Positions 1-7,329 of a stretch of 32,000 bases of DNA are shown here, one piece after another. Below the pieces are notes generated by a model, which was given only the letters and a program-made list of their open reading frames with translations, was not told where the DNA came from and did no database searches. Made by a program: the position numbers and the translations under genes. This DNA is from Vibrio cholerae ATCC 14035 (GTDB lineage: Bacteria > Pseudomonadota > Gammaproteobacteria > Enterobacterales > Vibrionaceae): the NCBI RefSeq assembly GCF_000621645.1, contig NZ_KK211323.1, positions 30,001-62,000 of the forward strand, given 5' to 3'. The first letter of the stretch is position 1. Every line of letters starts with the position of its first letter.

Positions 1-1
1 A

Positions 2-994
2 TTGTTTGACCTGTTTTTAGCGCGTCAAAAAGAGACCAGTGCTTCGGGGGATTTTAATACCACGATCGCTCGCTTTACTGACCAAGCCAGTGCACCATTA
101 ACGCCGAGTAAACCCAATAAAAAATTGATTGTATTGCTTGCCTTTGTGGTGTCGTTTGGTTTTGCTTGTGTAGTGGCGTTTATCGCTGATGCGATGACTG
201 ATACCTTTGCCGACATCAAACAGGTCGAGAAACAGCTGGCACTGAGTTTATTGGGCGTTGTTCCTGTGGTGCGTAAACAGCGTGGCAAACTGGATGCGAA
301 AGCCTATTTTGATGAGAAACTGCGTGAGCTAACCGAAGCGGTGCGTACGATACGGACCAGCTATTTGCTTGCGCATGTCAATCAAGATCAGCATGTCGTG
401 ATGCTCACATCTTGTCTGCCCGGAGAGGGAAAGACGACATCTAGCCTGAACTTGGCCTTGTCGTTGGCGCAAATGGAAAAAACCTTGCTGATTGACTGTG
501 ATTTACGCAAACCGGCGATTGCGCACCGTTTTGGCATTTCTGGCTCACAACCGGGCGTCACCAATTTACTCAATGGCACGCAAAGCTTAGAAGATTGCGT
601 CTACCATGATGAGCAATCCGGGCTCGATATTCTCACTGCGGGTGTTTATGCCTCCAACCCGTTAGAGCTGCTCTCTTCAAGCAAATTTAGTGAACTGTTG
701 GCCGATTTACGTACTCGCTATCAACGCATTGTGATTGATACACCACCCTGTCTCGCAGTGAGCGATAGCTTTATGTTGGCGCAATACGTGGACTCGGTGA
801 TTTTGGTGATTGATGCCAACCATACTCGAACGCCAGTCGTGCGGGAAGTGGTGGGTAAATTGACTCAGCAGGGCAGTCGTATTGATGGTGTGATACTCAA
901 TCGTCTTAATGCGAAAAAGGCTTCACGCTACAGCGGCTATTATCACTACCAAGCTTACTATGGCGAAGAGACGAAATCGGGCGCGGCAAAGTGA
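2..994 (+). CDS. vpsO: Tyrosine autokinase of the Wzc/BY-kinase type (VpsO). 5'-truncated by the window edge; it retains the last TM helix and the cytoplasmic kinase domain.
   Basis: Open frame from the window start. TM helix LIVLLAFVVSFGFACVVAFIADA. Walker A GEGKTT at nt 422-439. Walker A'-like VIDTPP. C-terminal tyrosine cluster YSGYYHYQAYY at nt 929-961. The first codon in the ORF track is an artefact of truncation. Confidence 0.85.
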   Translation: MFDLFLARQKETSASGDFNTTIARFTDQASAPLTPSKPNKKLIVLLAFVVSFGFACVVAFIADAMTDTFADIKQVEKQLALSLLGVVPVVRKQRGKLDAKAYFDEKLRELTEAVRTIRTSYLLAHVNQDQHVVMLTSCLPGEGKTTSSLNLALSLAQMEKTLLIDCDLRKPAIAHRFGISGSQPGVTNLLNGTQSLEDCVYHDEQSGLDILTAGVYASNPLELLSSSKFSELLADLRTRYQRIVIDTPPCLAVSDSFMLAQYVDSVILVIDANHTRTPVVREVVGKLTQQGSRIDGVILNRLNAKKASRYSGYYHYQAYYGEETKSGAAK

Positions 995-1719
995 ACGCTT
1001 TTTTTCAGTTTGGATGGCGTGTCGGGGTGGCGAGTTCTGCGTTGTGGGTGATCTATTTCGCCTTCCAGCAAGGGATCGCCTCCTTATACGGTGTTACCGC
1101 TGAGAAGGCTCTGCTAGCTTGGAATCATTCTCCGGCGACGCTCTCGGCCGTGGATGATGCGCACAAGGCTATCCAGAGTGCGATTGAGTATAGCCCTGAA
1201 CATCCGCAGTATTATTTTTTACAGGGACGGATTTTTCAGTGGCAAGCGTATCTTGCTCAGGAGCAAGATACGCAGCAAGCGTTGCATGCGGCTAAAACCG
1301 CGTTTCTGGAGAGTGCCGAGCGGCGCCCAACTTGGCCTGACACTTGGGCTGAATTGTTAAAGATTGAAGCTCAGTTATCTGCTCATGATGCAACGCAGCC
1401 TCATTCGAGCAAGGACTCTCTCGATAAATTTATGCGCAATGCTGACCGGTATGGGCCGTATACACCAGCCGTGAATATTGCCATCTCGCAGGTGGGGTTA
1501 GCACACTGGAAACAGTGGGATAGTGAACAAAAGTGGTTGGTGATTGAACATCTGGCGCGCGGACTAGACGGCAAAAACAGTCGACACCTTTTGGCGGATT
1601 ACCTAAAATCGGCGCATCAGTTCAAACTGGCTTGCACTTTAGCCTCACGCCGTGAGCCCAAATTAGAGATTTCCATTTGCAACAGCGTCCAGTTTCTTTG
1701 GTGTTGTTTGGCTTGTTAG
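991..1719 (+). CDS. vpsP: VpsP-like protein of the Vibrio polysaccharide cluster. One N-terminal TM helix plus a helical-repeat (TPR-like) domain; function unknown.
   Basis: GTG start overlaps the vpsO stop (GTGA at 991-994). N-terminal hydrophobic segment VGVASSALWVIYFAFQQGIASLY. Position directly after the BY-kinase fits the vps-II order recalled from V. cholerae. Confidence 0.6.
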   Translation: MNAFFQFGWRVGVASSALWVIYFAFQQGIASLYGVTAEKALLAWNHSPATLSAVDDAHKAIQSAIEYSPEHPQYYFLQGRIFQWQAYLAQEQDTQQALHAAKTAFLESAERRPTWPDTWAELLKIEAQLSAHDATQPHSSKDSLDKFMRNADRYGPYTPAVNIAISQVGLAHWKQWDSEQKWLVIEHLARGLDGKNSRHLLADYLKSAHQFKLACTLASRREPKLEISICNSVQFLWCCLAC

Positions 1720-2078
1720 CCTTGTCAACGGCTTTGGCTTCTTGGTTGAAATCTTCCGGCTGGCATGCCGATTATGTTTACCAATTAGAAAGAGCAGTGG
1801 GTGGAGATACCCATTTGCATGGCCTATTAGCCATGTTGCTGACGTTGGCGCTGTATCGAGTGCTTTCTGCCACGAGCCACAGCTATAAGCTGGTCGTATT
1901 CACTGGCTTGTTGGTAGCGATTTGCTGTTTGATTGATGAAGGTATGCAAGCCTTCACACCACTTCGCACTTTTTCTATTCAAGACATCTTAGCCAGTTTC
2001 ATTGGGGTGACACTGGCGAGTGTGATCAACACTATGCTCGCGGGTTTACTGCAACGTAAGCAAAGAGAGCATTATTAG
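1677..2078 (+). CDS. vpsQ: VpsQ-like small membrane protein with a VanZ-family signature.
   Basis: Three or four hydrophobic segments. Motif DEGMQAFTPLRTFSIQDILASFIG resembles the VanZ family DE..Q.F.P.R......D......G pattern. There is no ATG near the 5' end, so the start is uncertain: TTG 1677, or TTG/GTG at 1698-1722. With TTG 1677 it overlaps vpsP by 43 nt. Confidence 0.55.
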   Translation: MQQRPVSLVLFGLLALSTALASWLKSSGWHADYVYQLERAVGGDTHLHGLLAMLLTLALYRVLSATSHSYKLVVFTGLLVAICCLIDEGMQAFTPLRTFSIQDILASFIGVTLASVINTMLAGLLQRKQREHY

Positions 2079-2090
2079 GCTCTCTTTTCA
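2062..2090 (+). terminator. Intrinsic terminator spanning the vpsQ stop codon.
   Basis: 9-bp stem AAAGAGAGC / GCTCTCTTT with an 8-nt loop containing the TAG stop, followed by TTC. Confidence 0.5.
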
Positions 2091-2091
2091 C

Positions 2092-2219
2092 TATACCCTT
2101 CCTACTTGAAGCTGCAGCGGTGTTGGTTGTGTTCGTTCACCCCAATCACATAGTCTGTCTATGCTGATGGGGATTCACTCTCTTGCCGCCTACCTGCAAC
2201 TCCAAGTAGTTTTGGTATA
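2092..2219. repeat. ERIC/IRU-type repetitive element, a roughly 128-bp imperfect palindrome.
   Basis: Long imperfect inverted repeat from TATACC to GGTATA. The core CACCCCAATCAC...GATGGGGATTCAC and the right arm CTTGCCGCCTACCTGCAACTCCAAGTAG closely resemble the ERIC consensus as I recall it (GTGAATCCCCAG / GACTGGGGTGAGCG cores; TTGCCGCCTTCCTGCAACTCGAA arm). It lies between convergent genes. Confidence 0.75.
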
Positions 2220-2233
2220 ACTAGCAGAACAGA

Positions 2234-2830
2234 CTAATAGATGACGCGATAACGGCTCGGTTTGTGATTCATTGCCAGCACGATATTGAGTAAAAACGCC
2301 CCCAAAATCGATAAACCTATGGTCAGTGGAGAAACAAAAAAGAACGAGGCGAGCAAGATTAAACCGTCAATCGCCATCTGGCTTTTCCCGACTGAGATGC
2401 CAAATCTGTCTTGAATAAAGAGGCACAGCACATTAAAGCCGCCAAGGCTTGAGCGATGACGAAACAAAATCAGCATCCCTAAGCCCATCAATAGCCCTCC
2501 GGCTATCGCGCAATAAACCACATTCACTTTTTCAAGAGTAATCAACATGGCCAGATGATCGGCAAAGATCGAGACTAAAGCGCCGGAAATCGCGCTATTA
2601 AACGCAAAACGAGCACCAAAGCGCTTCCAAGCCAACAGATAAAATGGACAATTCGAGAGAAAATAGAGCACGCCAAAAGTCAGTGGCAAAAATTGGGTCA
2701 TTAACAGCGCTAATCCTGTGGTTCCTCCGGTTAGCAGTTGCCCCGCTTGTAGAAAATAGACGCCCTGTGCGACAAGAAATGTCCCAGTCAGAATCGCGAT
2801 CCAATCTTCTTTATGTGAATGTTTTTCCAT
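2234..2830 (-). CDS. Polytopic inner-membrane protein, YitT/DUF161-like, lacking a C-terminal soluble domain.
   Basis: 198-aa ORF with 5-6 hydrophobic helices. GGTTGLALL-type glycine motif near the N-terminus. No other frame competes. Confidence 0.55.
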   Translation of the reverse strand: MEKHSHKEDWIAILTGTFLVAQGVYFLQAGQLLTGGTTGLALLMTQFLPLTFGVLYFLSNCPFYLLAWKRFGARFAFNSAISGALVSIFADHLAMLITLEKVNVVYCAIAGGLLMGLGMLILFRHRSSLGGFNVLCLFIQDRFGISVGKSQMAIDGLILLASFFFVSPLTIGLSILGAFLLNIVLAMNHKPSRYRVIY

Positions 2831-3075
2831 AAATTCCGTTATCAGGAGAGAGAATGGCGCGGATGTTAATGAAAAGCGGATATTTTCGGTAGCTAGGGAT
2901 GGAAAATTGAGGTAAACCTATGTCACATCCGCTTTACAGGGTGTAAAGCAAAAAATTGACAGTTTTGTTGTTTAGATAGGTTTTATACCTAGAGCATGAA
3001 TACTGTCGTAGTGGTTATGAAAACACTGCATGATAAATTCATGAATTTGGGCTTTATGATAAAGATCAAATTATG

Positions 3076-3081
3076 TAGAAT
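3076..3081 (+). promoter_or_regulatory. Candidate -10 hexamer (TAGAAT) for glyA.
   Basis: TAGAAT sits 90 nt upstream of the glyA ATG and is preceded by TG. The -35 is weak (TTTATG at 17-bp spacing). Confidence 0.3.
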
Positions 3082-3099
3082 GCGCGCCATAAAGTGATG

Positions 3100-3115
3100 A
3101 CGAAAACGTTTGCGT
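3100..3115 (+). promoter_or_regulatory. PurR-type operator (PUR box) in the glyA leader.
   Basis: ACGAAAACGTTTGCGT differs at one position from the ideal palindromic PUR box ACGCAAACGTTTGCGT. It lies about 19 nt downstream of the candidate -10. glyA belongs to the PurR regulon in E. coli. Confidence 0.6.
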
Positions 3116-3170
3116 GGAGTCATTGTGTGGTTTTTTTGCAATTTCAGTCAATCTGAGTCAGGAGATACAG

Positions 3171-4421
3171 ATGCTTAAGCGTGATATGAACATCGCTGAT
3201 TACGATCCGGAGCTATACGCTGCCATTCAGGAAGAGACGCTTCGTCAAGAAGAACATATTGAACTTATTGCTTCAGAAAACTACACCAGCCCGCGTGTAA
3301 TGCAAGCACAAGGTTCTCAACTGACCAACAAGTACGCCGAAGGTTATCCAGGTAAGCGTTACTATGGTGGTTGTGAGTACGTGGACAAAGCAGAAGCTTT
3401 AGCGATTGATCGTGCTTGCCAACTGTTTGGCTGTGAATACGCGAACGTTCAGCCGCACTCTGGATCTCAAGCGAACAGCGCTGTGTACATGGCGCTGCTC
3501 AACCCAAGTGACACCGTGCTAGGTATGAGCCTTGCTCACGGTGGTCATTTGACTCACGGTTCACCGGTTAACTTCTCGGGCAAGCACTACAATGTGATCC
3601 CTTACGGTATCGATGAAGCGGGTCAAATTAACTACGATGAAATGGAAGCCTTAGCACTGGAGCATAAGCCAAAGATGATCATCGGTGGCTTCTCGGCTTA
3701 CTCACAAATCGTGGATTGGAAACGCATGCGTGAAATTGCCGATAAAGTGGGTGCTTACCTGTTTGTTGACATGGCGCACGTTGCGGGTCTGATTGCGGCG
3801 GGTGTTTACCCAAGCCCAGTGCCTTTTGCACACGTTGTCACGACCACCACGCATAAAACACTGGCAGGTCCACGCGGTGGCTTGATCTTGTCAAATGCCG
3901 GTGAGGAGATGTACAAGAAGCTGAACTCTGCAGTATTCCCTGGCGGCCAAGGCGGTCCTTTGATGCACGTGATTGCGGCAAAAGCGGTGGCGTTCAAAGA
4001 AGCGATGGAGCCTGAGTTTAAAGAGTATCAAGCGCGTGTGGTGAAAAACGCCAAAGCCATGGTGGCGCAGTTCCAAGAGCGTGGTTACAAGATCGTCTCT
4101 AACAGCACGGAAAACCATTTGTTCCTTGTTGATCTGATTGATAAAAACATCACAGGTAAAGAAGCAGATGCCGCTCTGGGCGCTGCCAATATCACGGTTA
4201 ACAAGAACTCGGTACCAAATGACCCACGCAGCCCGTTTGTGACTTCAGGTATCCGTGTCGGTACACCTGCAATCACTCGCCGTGGTTTTACTGAGCAAGA
4301 CGCAAAAGATCTCGCCAACTGGATGTGTGATGTTCTAGACAACATCAATGATCAAGGTGTGATTGAAGCGACGAAACAAAAAGTATTGGCGATCTGTCAA
4401 CGTCTGCCTGTTTACGCTTAA
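3171..4421 (+). CDS. glyA: Serine hydroxymethyltransferase.
   Basis: [17 protein letters not shown]-terminus and [17 protein letters not shown]-lysine motif. AGGAGA RBS at 3160-3165. The GTG at 3114 in the ORF track is an upstream in-frame extension, not the start. Confidence 0.97.
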   Translation: MLKRDMNIADYDPELYAAIQEETLRQEEHIELIASENYTSPRVMQAQGSQLTNKYAEGYPGKRYYGGCEYVDKAEALAIDRACQLFGCEYANVQPHSGSQANSAVYMALLNPSDTVLGMSLAHGGHLTHGSPVNFSGKHYNVIPYGIDEAGQINYDEMEALALEHKPKMIIGGFSAYSQIVDWKRMREIADKVGAYLFVDMAHVAGLIAAGVYPSPVPFAHVVTTTTHKTLAGPRGGLILSNAGEEMYKKLNSAVFPGGQGGPLMHVIAAKAVAFKEAMEPEFKEYQARVVKNAKAMVAQFQERGYKIVSNSTENHLFLVDLIDKNITGKEADAALGAANITVNKNSVPNDPRSPFVTSGIRVGTPAITRRGFTEQDAKDLANWMCDVLDNINDQGVIEATKQKVLAICQRLPVYA

Positions 4422-4443
4422 GCGCTAAAACCCCAGCCATGTG

Positions 4444-4475
4444 AAGTTGCAACGCTATGGTTGCAACTTTCTTTG
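4444..4475 (+). terminator. Intrinsic terminator 1 after glyA.
   Basis: Perfect 10-bp stem AAGTTGCAAC / GTTGCAACTT with a 6-nt loop, followed by TTCTTT. Confidence 0.6.
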
Positions 4476-4491
4476 GTTAGGTTGTCCTGAT

Positions 4492-4524
4492 AAAAAAGCC
4501 TGCGAAGTTCGCAGGCTTTTTTTG
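4492..4524. terminator. Bidirectional intrinsic terminator shared by glyA and the convergent lipoprotein gene.
   Basis: Stem AGCCTGCG / CGCAGGCT with a 4-5 nt loop, flanked by an A6 run upstream and a T7 run downstream. Confidence 0.8.
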
Positions 4525-4585
4525 TTTGTCATCCCTAAACCACCGCTTTTAGTGGCGGTGATTGTTTGGTCAATCGCATCAGTAT

Positions 4586-4912
4586 TTACTTACTGACGCT
4601 GATCATGGTGCCGGATTTACACTTGAACATGTAGTACTTGTTGCTTTCGGTAAACTTACCTAAGCCTTCCCCATCACAATAATCCACGTTGATATCGCGC
4701 ATGATATCGAGAGTTTTCTCAGTTTTCAGGGCAAACTTCGCGCCATCAGCGCACACAATGCGTACTTGGCCATCATCGCTGACTGAGTAAATGTTCACTT
4801 CGGTATTACACAGCTCAAAAGAGGCTTCACGATAGTTATCTTGCTGGGTATTCGATGAACAACCAGCCAATAGCGCTGCAGCAGTGAGGGCAAATAAGCC
4901 GATATGATTCAT
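4586..4912 (-). CDS. Small secreted lipoprotein of unknown function.
   Basis: Signal peptide MNHIGLFALTAAALLAGC with lipobox LAGC. AAGGAA RBS 7 nt upstream of the ATG at 4912. The ORF-track start at 4939 adds 9 residues and has no RBS. The mature part has 4 further Cys. Confidence 0.7.
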   Translation of the reverse strand: MNHIGLFALTAAALLAGCSSNTQQDNYREASFELCNTEVNIYSVSDDGQVRIVCADGAKFALKTEKTLDIMRDINVDYCDGEGLGKFTESNKYYMFKCKSGTMISVSK

Positions 4913-5061
4913 TATTATTTCCTTGTGGTCAGGATTCACTCAAAAGCACCATCGGGCGAGCGAAAATTAATCGAAACTTTAGCCTAAGCCTATAGAAGCC
5001 AAGCGTAGGATTCAAGGTTAAATCAGGGAATTGGTTGAGATTATGGTGAAGGATCTCATCC

Positions 5062-5100
5062 CCGTGAAAAGCATCAAGCCTGCGAGGTGCAGGCTTGATG
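5062..5100 (-). terminator. Intrinsic terminator after lipA.
   Basis: 12-bp stem CATCAAGCCTGC / GCAGGCTTGATG starting 7 nt after the lipA stop, followed on the minus strand by CTTTTC. Confidence 0.6.
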
Positions 5101-5107
5101 AGGAGGC

Positions 5108-6073
5108 TTATTTGACTTCTAAACCCTTGGCTTGTAAGTCAGCATGGTAAGAGGAACGTACAAAGGGTCCACAGGCTGCATGAGTAAAGCCGAGTTCTAG
5201 AGCAATCTCTTTCAGCTCATCAAACTCTGCGGGTGGCACGTAGCGTTCAACCGGCAGATGGTGGCGACTTGGTGCGAGATATTGGCCAAGAGTCAGCATG
5301 GTGACGCCATGAGCACGGAGATCTTTCAATACTTCGACGATCTCTTCTTTAGTTTCACCCAAACCCATCATCAAACCGGATTTAGTCGGTACATGAGGAT
5401 GTTGCTCTTTAAATTGACGCAGTAGTTCTAACGACCACTTATAGTTAGCGCCTGGGCGCACTTTACGATACAAGCGTGGTGCGGTTTCCAAATTGTGGTT
5501 GAACACATCGGGTGGATTGTCTTTTAAGGCCTCAAGAGCCACTTCCATACGACCACGGAAATCAGGCACTAAGGTTTCAATCTTGATGTGCGGATTCAAA
5601 GCGCGAATTTCACGGTTACAATCGGCGAAATGTTGTGCACCACCATCACGCAAGTCATCGCGGTCCACCGAAGTAATTACCACGTACTTGAGCTTCATAT
5701 CGTGAATGGTTTGCGCAAGCTTTTTCGGCTCTTCCGCTTCTGGTGCATTGGGGCGGCCATGGGCAACGTCACAGAATGGGCAGCGACGGGTACAGATAGC
5801 ACCTAAAATCATAAAGGTCGCCGTACCATGGTTAAAACACTCAGCCAAGTTAGGGCAGGAGGCTTCTTCACAGACTGAGTGAAGATTATTTTTACGCATG
5901 GCGGCCTTGATGTCTTGAATGCGCTGGCTATCCGCAGGTAGCTTTATCTTCATCCATTCTGGTTTGCGCAGAACTTCTTTCTGCTCTGTCGGCATGTTCT
6001 TGATGGGAATCAAAGCCATTTTGTCGGCGTCACGATATTTAACGCCGCGTTCCATCTGAATTGGTTTACTCAT
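5108..6073 (-). CDS. lipA: Lipoyl synthase (radical SAM).
   Basis: [12 protein letters not shown] and CTRRCPFC cluster motifs, full-length at 321 aa. Confidence 0.97.
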   Translation of the reverse strand: MSKPIQMERGVKYRDADKMALIPIKNMPTEQKEVLRKPEWMKIKLPADSQRIQDIKAAMRKNNLHSVCEEASCPNLAECFNHGTATFMILGAICTRRCPFCDVAHGRPNAPEAEEPKKLAQTIHDMKLKYVVITSVDRDDLRDGGAQHFADCNREIRALNPHIKIETLVPDFRGRMEVALEALKDNPPDVFNHNLETAPRLYRKVRPGANYKWSLELLRQFKEQHPHVPTKSGLMMGLGETKEEIVEVLKDLRAHGVTMLTLGQYLAPSRHHLPVERYVPPAEFDELKEIALELGFTHAACGPFVRSSYHADLQAKGLEVK

Positions 6074-6725
6074 GATTGTATGCTTCTGTGCTGAATTCGA
6101 CTTGCTCGTAGTCCAGTAGAGTAACGAGTTCTTGGATTAATACTTTTTCAACCTGTTCCATGCTGACCGGATGCAGGTCACTCAATTGAATCATCTCCAT
6201 TCCAGCATACCCACAAGGGTTAATACGTAAAAATGGAGCAAGATCCATCTGAATATTGAGTGCGAGTCCGTGGAAAGAGCATCCCTTACGGATACGCAAA
6301 CCTAAAGAGCAGATTTTTCTATTTTGTACGTAAACTCCGGGGGCATCGGGTCGTGCGGCTGACTCAATTTGATAATGTTTTAAGGTGTGAATAACCAAAT
6401 TTTCAATGTGTGTCACTAATTCACGGACGCCGAGCTTTTTACGGCGTAGGTCAATCAGAAAATAGGCGACTAATTGCCCCGGTCCGTGGTAGGTGACTTG
6501 CCCACCCCGATCACTTTGTACAACAGGAATATCTCCAGTATTGAGGAGGTGCTCAGCTTTGCCGGCTTGTCCTTGAGTAAACACGGGGTTGTGTTCGACA
6601 AGCCACACTTCATCACGCGTTGTGGAGTCACGTTGATCAGTGAATTGATGCATTGCCTGCCAAACGGGAGTGTAGTCCTGTCTGCCAAGGCGTCTCACCA
6701 ACAGCTGGTTTTCCATTATTGTCAT
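6066..6725 (-). CDS. lipB: Octanoyltransferase (lipoyl(octanoyl) transferase).
   Basis: [12 protein letters not shown] motif and catalytic Cys context NRKICSLG. Overlaps the lipA start by 8 nt. The alternative ATG at 6716 (MENQ...) has better GGCGG spacing, so the start is uncertain by 3 codons. Confidence 0.92.
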   Translation of the reverse strand: MTIMENQLLVRRLGRQDYTPVWQAMHQFTDQRDSTTRDEVWLVEHNPVFTQGQAGKAEHLLNTGDIPVVQSDRGGQVTYHGPGQLVAYFLIDLRRKKLGVRELVTHIENLVIHTLKHYQIESAARPDAPGVYVQNRKICSLGLRIRKGCSFHGLALNIQMDLAPFLRINPCGYAGMEMIQLSDLHPVSMEQVEKVLIQELVTLLDYEQVEFSTEAYNHE

Positions 6726-6835
6726 CCGCCAGAGATATATAAAGTTTTTCGATTATAAACTGCTTACCTGTAATGAACTACACATCAGGGGGAACTTTTT
6801 GACCCTGATAAAATGATGGTTTTGTTAATTTTTTG

Positions 6836-6867
6836 AAAAATAAAGAAAAAGCAGCCGAAGCTGCTTT
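6836..6867 (-). terminator. Intrinsic terminator after ybeD.
   Basis: Stem AAAGCAGC / GCTGCTTT with loop TTCG on the minus strand, followed by TTTTTCTTTATTTTT. Confidence 0.7.
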
Positions 6868-6903
6868 CAAAAATATTTGAATAAATAAAATAATAGCGTG
6901 GTT

Positions 6904-7182
6904 TTACAGAACCATACGCACGATATCGATTTCACCGAGCTCTTTATAAAGGATCTCTACTTGTTCAATTGAGGTCGCGTGAATGGTTACCGACACCGAA
7001 TGGTAGTTACCCTTAGCGCTGGGTTTAACGCGCGGGCTGTAGTCACCAGGAGCATGACGTTGAATCACTTCCAACACACGTTCTGGCAGCTCAGGCTTAG
7101 CGTGTCCCATCACTTTGTAGGTAAAGGAGCATGGGAATTCGAGCAGATCTTTTAATTTCGCATCAGAGTTGATGTTCAGCAT
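6904..7182 (-). CDS. ybeD: UPF0250 family protein YbeD.
   Basis: 92 aa, [13 protein letters not shown] motif, conserved position between dacA and lipB. Confidence 0.9.
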
Positions 7183-7252
7183 GGTGAAACTCCAGTTTGA
7201 GCATTGGAAAAACGGGACGAAATACTACAGCCATTCGGGCGTGATCTCAAGC

Positions 7253-7281
7253 TCACAAAAAAGCCGCATGAAGCGGCTTTT
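7253..7281 (-). terminator. Intrinsic terminator after dacA.
   Basis: Stem AAAAGCCGC / GCGGCTTTT with a 5-nt loop. The minus-strand transcript ends in TTTTTTGTG. Confidence 0.75.
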
Positions 7282-7329
7282 GGGGAGATCAATCTCTTTA
7301 GACAGTATTGGCTTTACTGGCTGAACGGT

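Noticed and set aside
3121-3140. The T7 run (3131-3137) in the glyA leader as a possible attenuator terminator.
   Set aside because: I could not find a convincing GC-rich stem immediately upstream of the T run.
3114-3170. GTG-initiated N-terminal extension of glyA from the ORF track. Similar extensions occur for leuS (17690-17797), lptE (14937-14963), ubiF (24128-24157) and the lipoprotein (4913-4939).
   Set aside because: The conserved protein N-termini begin at the internal ATGs, which have better RBS placement. The glyA extension would also overlap the PurR box and leader.
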